Positions 54,717-62,470 of a DNA stretch of 64,000 nucleotides are shown here, one piece after another. The notes beneath the pieces are model-generated. The model saw only the letters and a list, made by a program, of their open reading frames with translations, ran no database searches and was not told the origin of the DNA. Numbering within the stretch: the first letter of the stretch is position 1; each line of letters opens with the position of its first letter. The position numbers and the translations under genes were made by a program. The stretch comes from Octopus sinensis (taxonomy: Eukaryota): NCBI RefSeq assembly GCF_006345805.1, contig NC_043009.1, positions 65,906,001 to 65,970,000 on the forward strand, in the 5' to 3' direction.

Positions 54717-56025
54717 GTTGTTTCTGTTATTGTTTCACAAAGAAGATACAGCTACATACAAAATCATTGCAAAATAGGTAACTTAGAAGTGTCAGGGGAG
54801 TATTTAAAGATCAATAAAAATTTTTTTTTAATTATTAAATAAAGGGAAAGCAAAAATATTTTGAATTTTCAAAAAATCGTAAAATATGTAGCTATTATCT
54901 TTCACTCGTTTCGGTCATTAGACTGTGGCCATGCTGGGGCCACAGACTTATGAAGAATTTTAGTTGACCGAATCAATACTAGTATTTATTCCGTTTTTTA
55001 AAATTTCTGATATTTATTTTATCAATCTTTTCTGCCGAACCACTAAGTCTCAGAGTCATAAACACACAAACAGTGGAGTGGTGGGGGAGAAACACACACA
55101 CACACCATCATCATCATCATCATCATTTACTGTTCATTTTCCATGCTGGCATGGGTTAGGCAGTTTGACTGGAGTGGTAAGCCAGGGAGCTGCCCCAGGC
55201 TCCAGTCTGTTTTGGCTTGGCCTCTCCAGCTGGATAAGTCTTCCAGAGTGTAATGAGTGTCTTTTACATGTCACACACAGAGGCTTCATTCAGTTTCCAT
55301 CTCCTAAATCCACACAGATTTGGTCAGCCTGAGGGTGTAGTAGAAGATACTGGCCCAAAGAACCACGCAAAGAGACTGAACCCAGAACCATGTGGTTGGG
55401 AAGCAGCCACATGTATACAAATAGAATAAAAGCAACCATCTTATATCAGTTCTATATCTAAAAGATGAGGAATTATGTACATTATTTACATTTGACGGAT
55501 ATTTGTCCTCATCTTGTTTGTTGTTAACGAATTTCTGCCAAGACACCTGATGAAGGCTGGAAGGTACATCAGCCGAAACGTTGTGTTAACAACAAACAAG
55601 ATGAGGAAAAATATCCGTCAAATGTAAATAATGTAAATAACAGAACCATCTAGTGAAGGAAGATAAAGATGTTTTTGGGGAGGTCTTGGTGGATTTTCTT
55701 TAAAAAAAGTCTTTGTTGAAGAGAAAGAAAAAAAGAAAATGGATTGGGGTAGAATAATAAGAGAGGGTCATTATGAAGGGACTCTATTATGAAGTTAATC
55801 ACACACACAAAGTAGTCCATCACTTTGTTCATACCTTGGCGTATTAATACATTGTCACGTCAGCCACAAAAAAAGACAACAAAAAAAACAGAACATACAA
55901 TGAATTTATAATGAGGCATTTGTATATTTTAATGTGTATGCAACAAAAGGGAAAGTGTAACTAGGCTACACAAGAATTTATATATGCATGCACAGATCTA
56001 TATATATACAAGCATATATATATAC

Positions 56026-56081
<56 letters not shown>

Positions 56082-57746
56082 CAAGATCAAAAATCAAATG
56101 GAAATTGTTGTTGTGATACCTGTGCCGGTGGCACGCAAAAAGCACCATCCGAACGTGGCCGATGTCAGCGCCGCCTTGACTGGCTTCCATGCCAGTGGCA
56201 CATAAAAAACACCAACCGATCGTGGCTGTTGCCAGCCTCTCCCTAGCGCCTGTGCCGGTGGCACATAAAAAGCACCCACTACACTCACGGAGTGGTTGGC
56301 GTTAGGAAGGGCATCCAGCCGTAAAAACACTGCCAGATCAGACTGGAGCCGGGTGCAGCCTCCTGGCTTCCCAGACCCCGGTCGAACCGCCCAACCCATA
56401 CTAGCATGGAGAACGGACGTTAAACGATGATGATGATGGTGATGATATACAAGCATATCCACGTGTATGTGTAGCTTACCTTTTCTCTCTCTCTCCCTAA
56501 TATATATTTACATACACAGATAACAATATATATGAGTGTATGTGAGTGAGTGAACATGTGTGTGTGTGTGAGTGAGTGTGTGTGTATGCATATTTATATA
56601 CATACGTGCTTTATCTTTCCCTTTTACACAGACACACACACATTTAAACTGATCCACTACTCAATTCCTTTCTGTGCATCTACATACATCAACACACATA
56701 TACACTCACTGACACATCCAGTGAACACCCAGGTACATTTTCACCTCCCTCACCACACACACATGTATATATCACCTGATAGGTGTAGAAAAGGAAGCTG
56801 GTGAGATGAACTAACGACCTCCATGCCAATAAATCTTTATTGGATCTTACAAGAATCTGACCAATTCTTGGGCATAGCATGATAAAGAAGTAAGAATTAC
56901 ATCCATTTCACTGCTGTACACACACACACACATATATAATGCTTTTTCCCCGCCACTCATTAGAATTCCTGCCACTTCCGCCACCATCTTAACCATCTTT
57001 GAAAACTGGTGGACATCAGGCATCAGTTTTAGCAACCAGGAATATTCATGGAACTAAAATGTTTTATAAAATCTTACTGTTTGAAGCAAGGCTTCCCAAC
57101 CAAGTTCAAACGCTAGCTAGAACGGTAAAGGGTTCCGGTAGTCTGACTTTGGCAAATGGACAGGATTCAAATAAATACAAAGAATCAATTCTCTCTCTCT
57201 CTCTCTCTCTCTCTCTTTCATGGATAGACAGAAATAAGAATATATTACAATTTAAGCTCTCATCACCTGGCATAAAGCCACCTCCGTCAACACTACACCC
57301 ACCTCTTCAGTTGGGAGATCTTGTGAGTCACTCAGTGACTTCACCAGGGCCAATGTCCCATAAAAAAAGCACACAGTACTCTCTATAAAGTGGATGACAC
57401 GCTGTTCAACCCATGCCAGCACATACAGACAGACAGACAGGCAGATAGACAGACAGGTAGCTAGACAGACAGACAGGTAGATAGACAGACAGGTAGATAG
57501 ACAGACAAACAGACAGGTAGATAGACAGACAAACAGACAGGTAGATAGACAAACAGGCAGACAGGTAGATAGACAGACAGGCAGACAAGTAGATAGACAG
57601 ACAGGCAGACAAGTAGATAGACAGACAGACAAACAGATAGACAGACAGATAAAGAGATAGATAGACAGACACACAGACAGACAGACAGATAAAGATATAG
57701 ATAGACAGATAGACAGACAGATAGATAGATAGATAGACAAAGAGAC

Positions 57747-57783
<37 letters not shown>

Positions 57784-59292
57784 TACATGTGTGTGTGTGT
57801 GTTTATATATTTATATATGTGTGTATGCATTTAAAGAGATTTGTTGTGTAAGTCTGGAACAATGCAAGAAGGTGCCAAAGAAGACCTACACAGCAAATCT
57901 CTTTAAAGTTCCACCATCCAATACTTCACCCCCAAACTACCTCATTTGATGATATAACTAGGGAGACACATATACAGACAGGTATACAGACAGGTATGCA
58001 GACCAAACACACAGACAGACAGATCCATAAAGAGCTGGTAAGACAAACAGACAGATTGTTAAACGGACTGGTAGACATTTTATTTTGGGTGTTCTCAGTT
58101 ATTGCGGTACATAGCTTGTGTATGTATAAACACGGTGGAACAATGTTAGACAATGACAGAGGCAATGTTTGTAGCTAAAGCTGTCTTCCAGAACAAACCT
58201 ATTTTTTCTCTAAAGACATAAAAAAAAGAGAAAATAACTTTGACACTCTCGTAACTTAAAAATAGCAGAAAATGGAAAGAGTGAAATTTAGAAACAAGCT
58301 GGGAAATTTTCTAAAAAAATATCTGAAAAAAAAAAAGGAAGAAAATAGGAAGTAGATGAAATGCAAACAATGGTGTAGATGTGGTGCTATGGCTGAGAAT
58401 ATTGCTTTGGAGAATATTGGTGGTCTTGAGTTCAAGCCCACTGCACAGCACTTTGGGCAAATAGCTTTTAGTGTAGCTCCAGGCTGACCAAAGCCATGTA
58501 AATGGATTCAGTAGATGGAAGCTGAAAGAAGTGAGTTGTGTGTGTGTGAATATATATATATATTGGGTCATCCCATAAATAATGCAGTTTTTTCATGCTT
58601 CATTTTTCAAAGTGTACTCTCCTTAATTTTCTACAATGCTCTCCTATCTATCTGGTAGACTTGCATGGCCCCTCTGCCAAAATTCACTTGTCCGTGATGA
58701 AAAATACTCTCCACTAATGTTCTGACCTCATCTATGGAATTCATATTTTTTTCCATCCAAAAGATTTTGAAAACTGCAGAATAAATGATAATCAGATGGA
58801 GCAATGTCTGGTGAGTATGGTGGGTGGGGCATCATTTCCCATTCAAACTGCTCCAGCCTTTGGAATGTCATCCTCGCTGTATGTGGCCAAGCATTATCCT
58901 GATGGATGAACACTTTTCATCTTGAAACCAAAGATGGTCATTTTTCTTCTAGCACTGACTTAAGCCACTCAAGCTGCTCGCAGTAGATCTCCTTTGTTAT
59001 TGTTTGGTTTGGGTTTTAAAAGTTAAAAATGAACTAAACCTTTCGTATCCCACAAAATAGATAGCAACATATATTAAAGGATTAATATATTTACCATAAT
59101 TGCCAGGGTTTGACTTTAAAACAAGAACAGCAGTGTGATAAGAAGTTGGCTTCCCAACCACAGGATTCTGGGTTCAATCCTTAGTGTGTGACACCTTCAG
59201 TAAATGTCTTTTACTACAGCCTTGGATCAACCAAAGACTTGTGAGTGAATCTGGACGATGGAAACTAAAAGAAACACACATGCACGTATGTG

Positions 59293-59329
<37 letters not shown>

Positions 59330-61287
59330 CATCATCATCATTTAACATCCACTTTTCCACGCTTGCATGGCTCAAGCCTAATTAGTGGAGGTAGAATTTC
59401 TACTGCCAGGTGCCTTTCCCGGTGCCCACCACACCTTTTTCTAAGCTTAGTAATATTTTCCCCAAGGCCAAACATATACATACACAGGTGTGCTTGTGCC
59501 TCCTTGTCTCGACATCACAAGGCAGCTGTAAATGATTGTCCCTGTCATACATGCAGTGTCATTCATTTCCAATCTTCCACTAAAACATGTCTGGCCATGG
59601 GATAAATATTACCTTGCTTGAAAACAGATAAGGATTGGCGACAGGAAGAGCACCTGGCTGCAGTTAATGATGTTAATGATGCTGACTGTATGCTTATGTA
59701 GTGAATTATTGAATAGATGGTCACAAGTTCAAATCCATCAATGCCTGTGATGATGTATGCTTCGTTATCCAAATAATGAAAATATTTGCATTCTGTTTCA
59801 AGAAATTCACATGTGTCCCTGTGTTAAAGAATGATGTGTGGTTAGGAAATTTATGCTGTAACCATGTGGCTTTGGGGTCGGTCACCATGTGGCTTTGGAT
59901 TCAGCACCATGTGGCTATGGGTTCAGTCACCATGTGGCTTTGGGATTTACCACCCTGTGGCTTTAGGGTTGACCACCATGTGGCTTTGAGATTGACCACC
60001 ATGTGATTTTGGGTTCTGTTACCATGTGGCTTTGGGTTCAGCCAGCATGTGGCTTTGAATTCAGTAACCATGTGAATTTGGGTTCAGTCACCATGTGGCT
60101 TTGGGTTCAGTCACCATGGGTAACTTGAGTAAGTGGTTTTTACTATGGTACTCGACCAACCAAAGCTTCAGGAGTGACTTTCATAACTGAAAGAAAGAGG
60201 GAAACTAAAAGATGCCCTCTCTCTCTCTCTCTCCCTCACTTTCTCTTGCTTGTATTTCATTTCTTGTCTGCCATCAAAATAGCATTAATATTCATAAAAC
60301 ACGAGACTTCCGCAGCTCCAACTAATAATAATAACAATAAAAGCTTCAAACTTTGGCAGAATTTGAACTCAGAACTTAAAGACAGATGAAATGCTGCCAA
60401 GAAGCATTTTGCCCATGTTGCATTTTCCAACAATCTAATGATTCTTGCCAATCACTCACCATGCAAAGAGTCAAAAGAAAAACTTCTAAGTATTTGTGTG
60501 AAAGCCCCAACAATTCTACCGAGAGCAATAATTAAAAAGTTCGGCACAGGATCAGCTGATCTTGAGGGAAGGAAGAAGTTGATTACATTAATCCAATGGC
60601 TTAAGTGGTACTTACTTTATCGACCCCAAAAAGGATGAAAGGCAAAGTTGACCTCAGTGGAATTTGAACTCAGAACGTTAAGACAGACAAAATGCCATTC
60701 AGCATTTTGCTCAGCATGCCTATATCTCCACCAGCTGCTCACCACCTTTCAATGATTCTGGCACAGGTTCAACAGTTTTAGAGGGGAGGGGGAAGCCGAT
60801 TACAACAGTGCTTGGTTGGTACCTGTTTTATCAACCTCGAAAGCGCAAAAGGCAAAGTTGATCTCTGCAGAATTTGAGCTCAGGATTCTGCTGAGATTTG
60901 AGCTCAAAACAGACAAAATGCCACTAAGCCTTTTGTCCAGCATGCTAACCGTTTTGCCAGCTTGCCATCTTAATTCTGCCAATAACAATAATAATGGCCA
61001 TTAGCAATTATAAAACGTGAGAAAAAAAAAAGGAAACAAAGAGAATATCAAAGAAAGAATAAAACAATAAGGAAAATTAAAAGATAGAATTGTGCTGTAC
61101 TTACCTACTACTATAGAATGGGAATGACCAGCATCACCTATCTCAACTTCCACGCTCGTCCGGTATTCTCCTTCCAAAGTGCCATGTTTATGACCCGATA
61201 ATATTAGTTGAGAACCTAATTGGTTATACCATACTCCTTGTAATGTTGCACAGTTTTCTATTTGCTTGCCATACGCTGAGCATCTGC
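857..61287 (-). CDS. Avidin/streptavidin-family (biotin-binding beta-barrel) protein gene, partial, 4 exons: join(complement 61105-61287, 21424-21504, 3223-3407, 857-917)
   Basis: The exons splice in frame (phases 1/1/0, open ends phase 1) to [170 protein letters not shown]. This is colinear with avidin motifs W-x-N-x-LGS, G-x-Y-x-T, FGF-x-V-x-W, STT-x-x-TGQC, WLL, W and G-x-x-IFTR. All splice sites are GT-AG. Confidence 0.95.
2245..3110 (-). mobile_element. Cluster of four tRNA-derived SINEs (family S2)
   Basis: Head ggcgagctggcagaaacgttagcacgccgggcgaaatgcttag, B-box gagttcaaattcc, conserved body ctttcatcctttcggggttgataaattaagtaccag. Confidence 0.85.
3223..3407 (-). CDS. Avidin-like gene exon C (185 nt, phase 1-0), C-terminal half of the barrel plus start of linker
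   Basis: Acceptor ttctcttttgtgttgcag, donor TCA/gtatgt. Encodes [43 protein letters not shown], compared with avidin GQCFIDRNGKEVLKTMWLLRSSVNDIGDDWKATRVGINIFTRL. Confidence 0.95.
5985..6215 (-). mobile_element. R4/Dong-type LINE, restriction-like endonuclease fragment
   Basis: [15 protein letters not shown], a frameshift, then [23 protein letters not shown]: a PD-(D/E)xK RLE signature. Confidence 0.7.
6590..6895 (-). mobile_element. tRNA-derived SINE (family S4)
   Basis: Head gcacatggctcagtggtt..gagttcaattcc, then gtccttgagcaag..ccagtccactcggctg. Related pieces at about 1980-2190, 17060-17280 and 27780-28030. Confidence 0.7.
7159..7379. mobile_element. piggyBac-type MITE, 221 bp
   Basis: TTAA on both sides, TIR CCCTTTCGTTAC / GTAACGAAAGGG. 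A second copy lies at 50911. Confidence 0.85.
10803..10848 (-). ncRNA. Degenerate hammerhead motif (left arm copy)
   Basis: GACAC-CUGAUGA-AGGCUG...CAGCU-GAAA-CACU-GUGUU; mutated at the stem II base and the cleavage triplet. Confidence 0.55.
11126..11171 (+). ncRNA. Minimal type I hammerhead ribozyme motif
   Basis: GACAC-CUGAUGA-A-GGCUG(loop)CAGCC-GAAA-CAUU-GUGUU. Stem I GACAC/GUGUU, stem II GGCUG/CAGCC, near-absent stem III. Confidence 0.75.
12905..13080 (+). mobile_element. tRNA-derived SINE (family S5)
   Basis: ggaggtgcaatggcccagtggttagggcagcggactcgc (A-box) ... ttgattcccagactgg (B-box). Confidence 0.7.
13630..14022 (-). mobile_element. SINE family S1
   Basis: Same head, CORE-like segment and tail as other S1 copies. 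Confidence 0.8.
14470..14902 (+). mobile_element. SINE family S1 with internal (TA)n(TG)n
   Basis: Full head-to-tail match to other copies. Confidence 0.85.
15495..15915 (-). mobile_element. Tandem dimer of S2 SINE
   Basis: Two head-to-tail units with tail aggggctaaacacag..tatttctttactaccc. Confidence 0.85.
17364..17682 (+). mobile_element. Mariner transposon 5' fragment
   Basis: TIR-like tattgggttactccataaataatgcagtttt after TA. Encodes [32 protein letters not shown] (mariner HTH region). Confidence 0.8.
18680..18998 (-). mobile_element. SINE family S1, 5'-truncated
   Basis: Tail and body match. Confidence 0.8.
19193..19261. repeat. 17-bp tandem repeat x4 (ctgagcacagtaattaa)
   Basis: Seen directly in the sequence. 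Confidence 0.9.
19360..19660 (+). mobile_element. RTE 3'UTR-derived short element with (GAT)n tail
   Basis: gtggcacgtaaaaagcacc..ttaggaagggcatccag..gttaaacgatgatgat matches the LINE 3' end. Similar copies at about 4190, 7790, 21955, 32830, 34450, 40075, 45940, 51255, 55105, 56090 and 63230. Confidence 0.85.
19674..20262. mobile_element. Possible non-autonomous Helitron/Helentron-like element
   Basis: Starts tactagaagctaagccc..ccggtcgg inside a TA tract and ends gacaaatctttattag..agat. Resembles DINE-1/HINE ends from memory only. Confidence 0.3.
20350..20745 (-). mobile_element. SINE family S1
   Basis: Full match. Confidence 0.85.
21424..21504 (-). CDS. Avidin-like gene exon B (81 nt, phase 1-1)
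   Basis: Acceptor ttttcttattgtttgcag, donor CAG/gtaaac. Encodes [27 protein letters not shown], compared with avidin QPTFGFTVNWKFSESTTVFT. Too short to appear in the ORF track. Confidence 0.93.
21750..21935. mobile_element. Degenerate foldback element with hammerhead-like core (21862-21888)
   Basis: Inverted arms gtgaagttg..gtggaatatccattgtt / aacattggatattccac..caacttcac; core CUGACGA-A-GGA(UUACA)UCC-GAAA-CAUU. Confidence 0.55.
23945..24355. repeat. (ACC/ACT)n compound trinucleotide microsatellite
   Basis: Source of the spurious poly-Thr, poly-Val and poly-Tyr/His ORFs. Confidence 0.95.
25020..25800 (-). mobile_element. L1/Tx1-clade LINE 3' ORF2 remnant (C-terminal zinc-finger region)
   Basis: Degenerate ALVQCP...[39 protein letters not shown]...[18 protein letters not shown]-richer than its flanks. 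Confidence 0.6.
27030..27230 (-). mobile_element. SINE family S2
   Basis: Head and body match. Confidence 0.7.
28160..28745 (+). mobile_element. Two adjacent S1 SINEs (5' half, then full copy)
   Basis: Heads ggagtggctgtgtggtaag at about 28165 and 28384. Confidence 0.85.
30270..31095 (-). mobile_element. S2 SINE pieces flanking and interrupted by an S1 SINE
   Basis: gaatttgaactc B-box and ggatgaaaggcaaag body at 30340-30420 and 30835-31095. Confidence 0.7.
30425..30790 (+). mobile_element. SINE family S1
   Basis: Match to other copies; tail (aaagagt)n. Confidence 0.85.
31110..31325 (+). mobile_element. R4/Dong-type LINE 3' end with (TAA)n tail
   Basis: Encodes [19 protein letters not shown] followed by a short UTR and an (AAT)n tract. 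Confidence 0.65.
31340..31572 (+). mobile_element. Second R4/Dong-type LINE 3' end with (TAA)n tail
   Basis: Encodes [20 protein letters not shown] followed by UTR and a long (AAT)n tract. Confidence 0.65.
31575..31985 (+). mobile_element. SINE family S1, young-looking full copy
   Basis: Full head, internal microsatellite and tail. Confidence 0.88.
32651..32685 (+). ncRNA. Hammerhead ribozyme core in a TA-tailed repeat (about 32480-32800)
   Basis: GUUU-CUGACGA-A-GAGC(UCC)GCUC-GAAA-CAUU-GAAU, followed by cctgagcgt and a (TA)n tail. Confidence 0.65.
34736..35492 (+). mobile_element. Tc1-family DNA transposon 5' fragment (left end and paired-type HTH of transposase)
   Basis: Encodes [51 protein letters not shown]...[10 protein letters not shown] with an in-frame stop. 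The repeated agt/aat-atgtacac motif at about 34748 and 34933 suggests an IR-DR type end. Confidence 0.85.
35655..36246 (-). mobile_element. RTE LINE 3' fragment
   Basis: Encodes [26 protein letters not shown] and [12 protein letters not shown], as in the large RTE copies. Confidence 0.9.
36582..37025 (-). mobile_element. SINE family S1
   Basis: Full match. Confidence 0.85.
39500..40800 (+). mobile_element. Degenerate Penelope-like element (RT and end of GIY-YIG region), split by an RTE-tail insertion at about 40075-40360
   Basis: Manual translation gives [57 protein letters not shown], then after the insert [20 protein letters not shown] and [16 protein letters not shown]. Confidence 0.78.
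40985..41585. repeat. Long TA/CA/TG microsatellite field (similar fields at 3470-3880, 8050-8200, 34600-34735, 53570-53930, 54200-54400, 63500-63720)
   Basis: Seen directly. Confidence 0.95.
42172..45720 (-). mobile_element. RTE-clade LINE, 5'-truncated copy 1 (partial APE endonuclease, RT, PHD-like finger, 3'UTR, (GAT)n tail)
   Basis: ORFs 44838-45617 ([22 protein letters not shown]: APE), 43273-44841 ([42 protein letters not shown]) and 43001-43321 ([23 protein letters not shown]). They are joined by frameshifts near 44905 and 43320. Confidence 0.95.
42461..42920. repeat. Three tandem copies of a 159-bp unit inside the RTE 3'UTR
   Basis: Unit ggccacgagtcggatagtgc...gagtattttacgtg(t/c)cac starts at 42461, about 42620 and about 42779. 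It explains the repeated peptide in ORF 42213-42989. Confidence 0.9.
45750..45932 (-). mobile_element. Penelope-type TA-tailed repeat with variant hammerhead-like core (45843-45878)
   Basis: CUUU-CUGUAGA-A-GAGC(GUAG)GCUC-GAAA-CAUA-AAAG, then cctgagcgt and (TA)n. Related to the 32651 element. Confidence 0.55.
46078..48228 (-). mobile_element. RTE-clade LINE, 5'-truncated copy 2 (RT to 3' tail)
   Basis: ORFs 47854-48192, 47623-47847 and 46674-47570 closely match copy 1. Same 3'UTR and GAT tail. Truncated in the pre-RT region. Confidence 0.95.
48237..48311. repeat. Perfect 27-bp inverted repeat with 21-nt spacer
   Basis: catattagagggaaaccactatgtgga ... tccacatagtggtttccctctaatatg, just beyond the 5' truncation of RTE copy 2. 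Confidence 0.9.
48620..48820. repeat. (TG)n/(TATG)n/(CATG)n compound microsatellite
   Basis: Seen directly. Confidence 0.95.
49590..49860 (-). mobile_element. Degenerate non-LTR retrotransposon pre-RT fragment
   Basis: Encodes [20 protein letters not shown], similar to the conserved KAPG.D region. Confidence 0.45.
50010..50372 (-). mobile_element. RTE LINE short 3' fragment
   Basis: Encodes [31 protein letters not shown] followed by RTE 3'UTR. Confidence 0.88.
50400..50870 (-). mobile_element. Degenerate R4/Dong-type RT fragment
   Basis: Encodes PNWVL...[24 protein letters not shown] and [18 protein letters not shown]. Confidence 0.6.
50911..51131. mobile_element. piggyBac-type MITE, 221 bp, inverted relative to the 7159 copy
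   Basis: TTAA flanks, TIR CCCTTTCGTTA / TAATGAAAGGG. Internal sequence is the diverged reverse complement of 7159-7379. Confidence 0.85.
52255..52652 (+). mobile_element. SINE family S1
   Basis: Full match. Confidence 0.82.
55447..55634. mobile_element. Second, shorter foldback copy of the same hammerhead element
   Basis: About 55-bp inverted arms (tacattatttacatttgacggatattt...gttgttaac and its reverse complement) flanking the hammerhead. Confidence 0.8.
55542..55587 (+). ncRNA. Intact minimal type I hammerhead ribozyme motif
   Basis: GACAC-CUGAUGA-A-GGCUG(GAAGGUACAU)CAGCC-GAAA-CG-UU/GUGUU. The palindromic AACGUU stem III is typical of dimer-forming PLE hammerheads. Confidence 0.8.
56090..56445 (+). 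mobile_element. RTE 3'UTR-derived element with (GAT)n tail
   Basis: Long match to the reverse complement of 42180-42460. Confidence 0.88.
57420..57790. repeat. (AGAC/AGAT)n compound tetranucleotide repeat
   Basis: Seen directly; includes a higher-order 20-bp unit (agacagacaggtagatagac-like). Confidence 0.95.
58561..59040 (-). mobile_element. Mariner transposon 3' fragment
   Basis: Encodes [10 protein letters not shown]...[16 protein letters not shown] (mariner catalytic motifs). Matching TIR tattgggtcatcccataaataatgcag at 58561. Confidence 0.9.
59855..60120 (+). repeat. Minisatellite of about 22-23 bp (accatgtggctttgggttcagtc) inside a SINE
   Basis: About 11 degenerate units, flanked by the SINE head upstream and the CORE-like segment downstream. 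Confidence 0.85.
60345..60965 (-). mobile_element. Cluster of three S2 SINE copies
   Basis: Three gaatttgaactcag B-box segments with body sequence. Confidence 0.75.
61105..61287 (-). CDS. Avidin-like gene exon A (183 nt, phase 1-1), N-terminal half of the barrel
   Basis: Acceptor tttcccttgatttcag, donor TAG/gtaagt. Encodes [34 protein letters not shown]; WYNQLGS is identical to the streptavidin motif. Confidence 0.95.
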
Positions 61288-61350
61288 CTGAAATCAAGGG
61301 AAACACAGATAAAGCTTGTAAAATATATATGTATATGTGTGTGTGTATAT

Positions 61351-61389
<39 letters not shown>

Positions 61390-61450
61390 TAAAAACAGTA
61401 AAATAACAAAAGAAAGAAAGAGACCTCAATATTATGTAAATAGAGGAATT

Positions 61451-61636
61451 TATCTGTAAAATAATATGTGACAATCATTCGGTAGCCAAGATAAAACTCT
61501 GAGTTTCGGATGCCGAGGTGGAAATTCACACCACCATCTAACTGAAGAGATGGTGGTGTGGATTTCCATCTAGGCATCCGAAACTCAGAGTTTTATCTTG
61601 GCTACCGAATGATTGTCACATATTATTTTACAGATA
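61451..61636. repeat. Near-perfect 186-bp hairpin (89-bp arms, 8-nt loop, 3 mismatches)
   Basis: 61451-61539 pairs with 61548-61636; loop aactgaag. Confidence 0.95.
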
Positions 61637-62299
61637 TATATATATATATATATATATATATGGTGGGAGGTGTACAATCATGATATTAAATATGTATCTC
61701 TTTGTGTGATTTAGAGACATATGGAGGTGTAAACATACATAAATGAGTGTGTATATAACAAAGTGAACATGAATGGAGAAAATCACATCTTCAGTTGATG
61801 ATTGTACCATACTTTACCAATGATCGTTTCTAATGTAGCAGCATATTTAGAAATAGGAAACGGTAAAAATATCAGTCAAACCAATATATCCAAAAGTTTA
61901 TGTTTACACAATGTTATCGAGGTAACCCAAAACTGGCTAAAAACAAAGTGAACTGAAATAATGTCTATAATACATAGAAAAAGAACATTAAGAAGAAATA
62001 GAATATTCTAAGAAAAGCCAGTTTGGTATTTAAACTTATGATGATGTTGTAGGTAATGAAAGAATAAAAAATAAGCATAGAACTTCTATGTCACAACATT
62101 TAGTTATCTAGCTATTCATGTATGCTAAAAGAATTTCAAAATATTATGCTTATTAGATTATAGGAAAGGCTGTTGTGATTAAGATGTTATTTACTATTGA
62201 AATATTTAGATGCTTTTCTATATTTATGGGAACTTTTCAATGTAAAACTGGTTCTACAATTTAATCATTTTAATTCTGAAGTAATTATATAATAATTTT

Positions 62300-62470
62300 C
62301 TATAGGCAAAGATCACATTTAAAGTTAACAGTATTGTACAATGGAGCATAACTAATAAAGGGCCATTTTATATTGTGGTTAATGTTGCTGTCTTTCAAAT
62401 CCCAAATGCATTTACTAAGATTCCTAAAACTACATTTCCTCCTAAACTTAAGCAAAGAAGAATGGTTATA
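62300..62470 (-). mobile_element. Penelope-like GIY-YIG endonuclease C-terminal fragment
   Basis: Encodes LSKCIWDLKDSNINHNIKWPFISYAPLYNTVNFKCDLCL, resembling the LSK.IW.LK...I.W.I...A..Y....C.LCL motif of PLE endonucleases (recalled). Confidence 0.65.

Noticed and set aside
59855-60120. CRISPR-like regular repeats
   Set aside because: No unique spacers, eukaryotic context, and the unit derives from a SINE.
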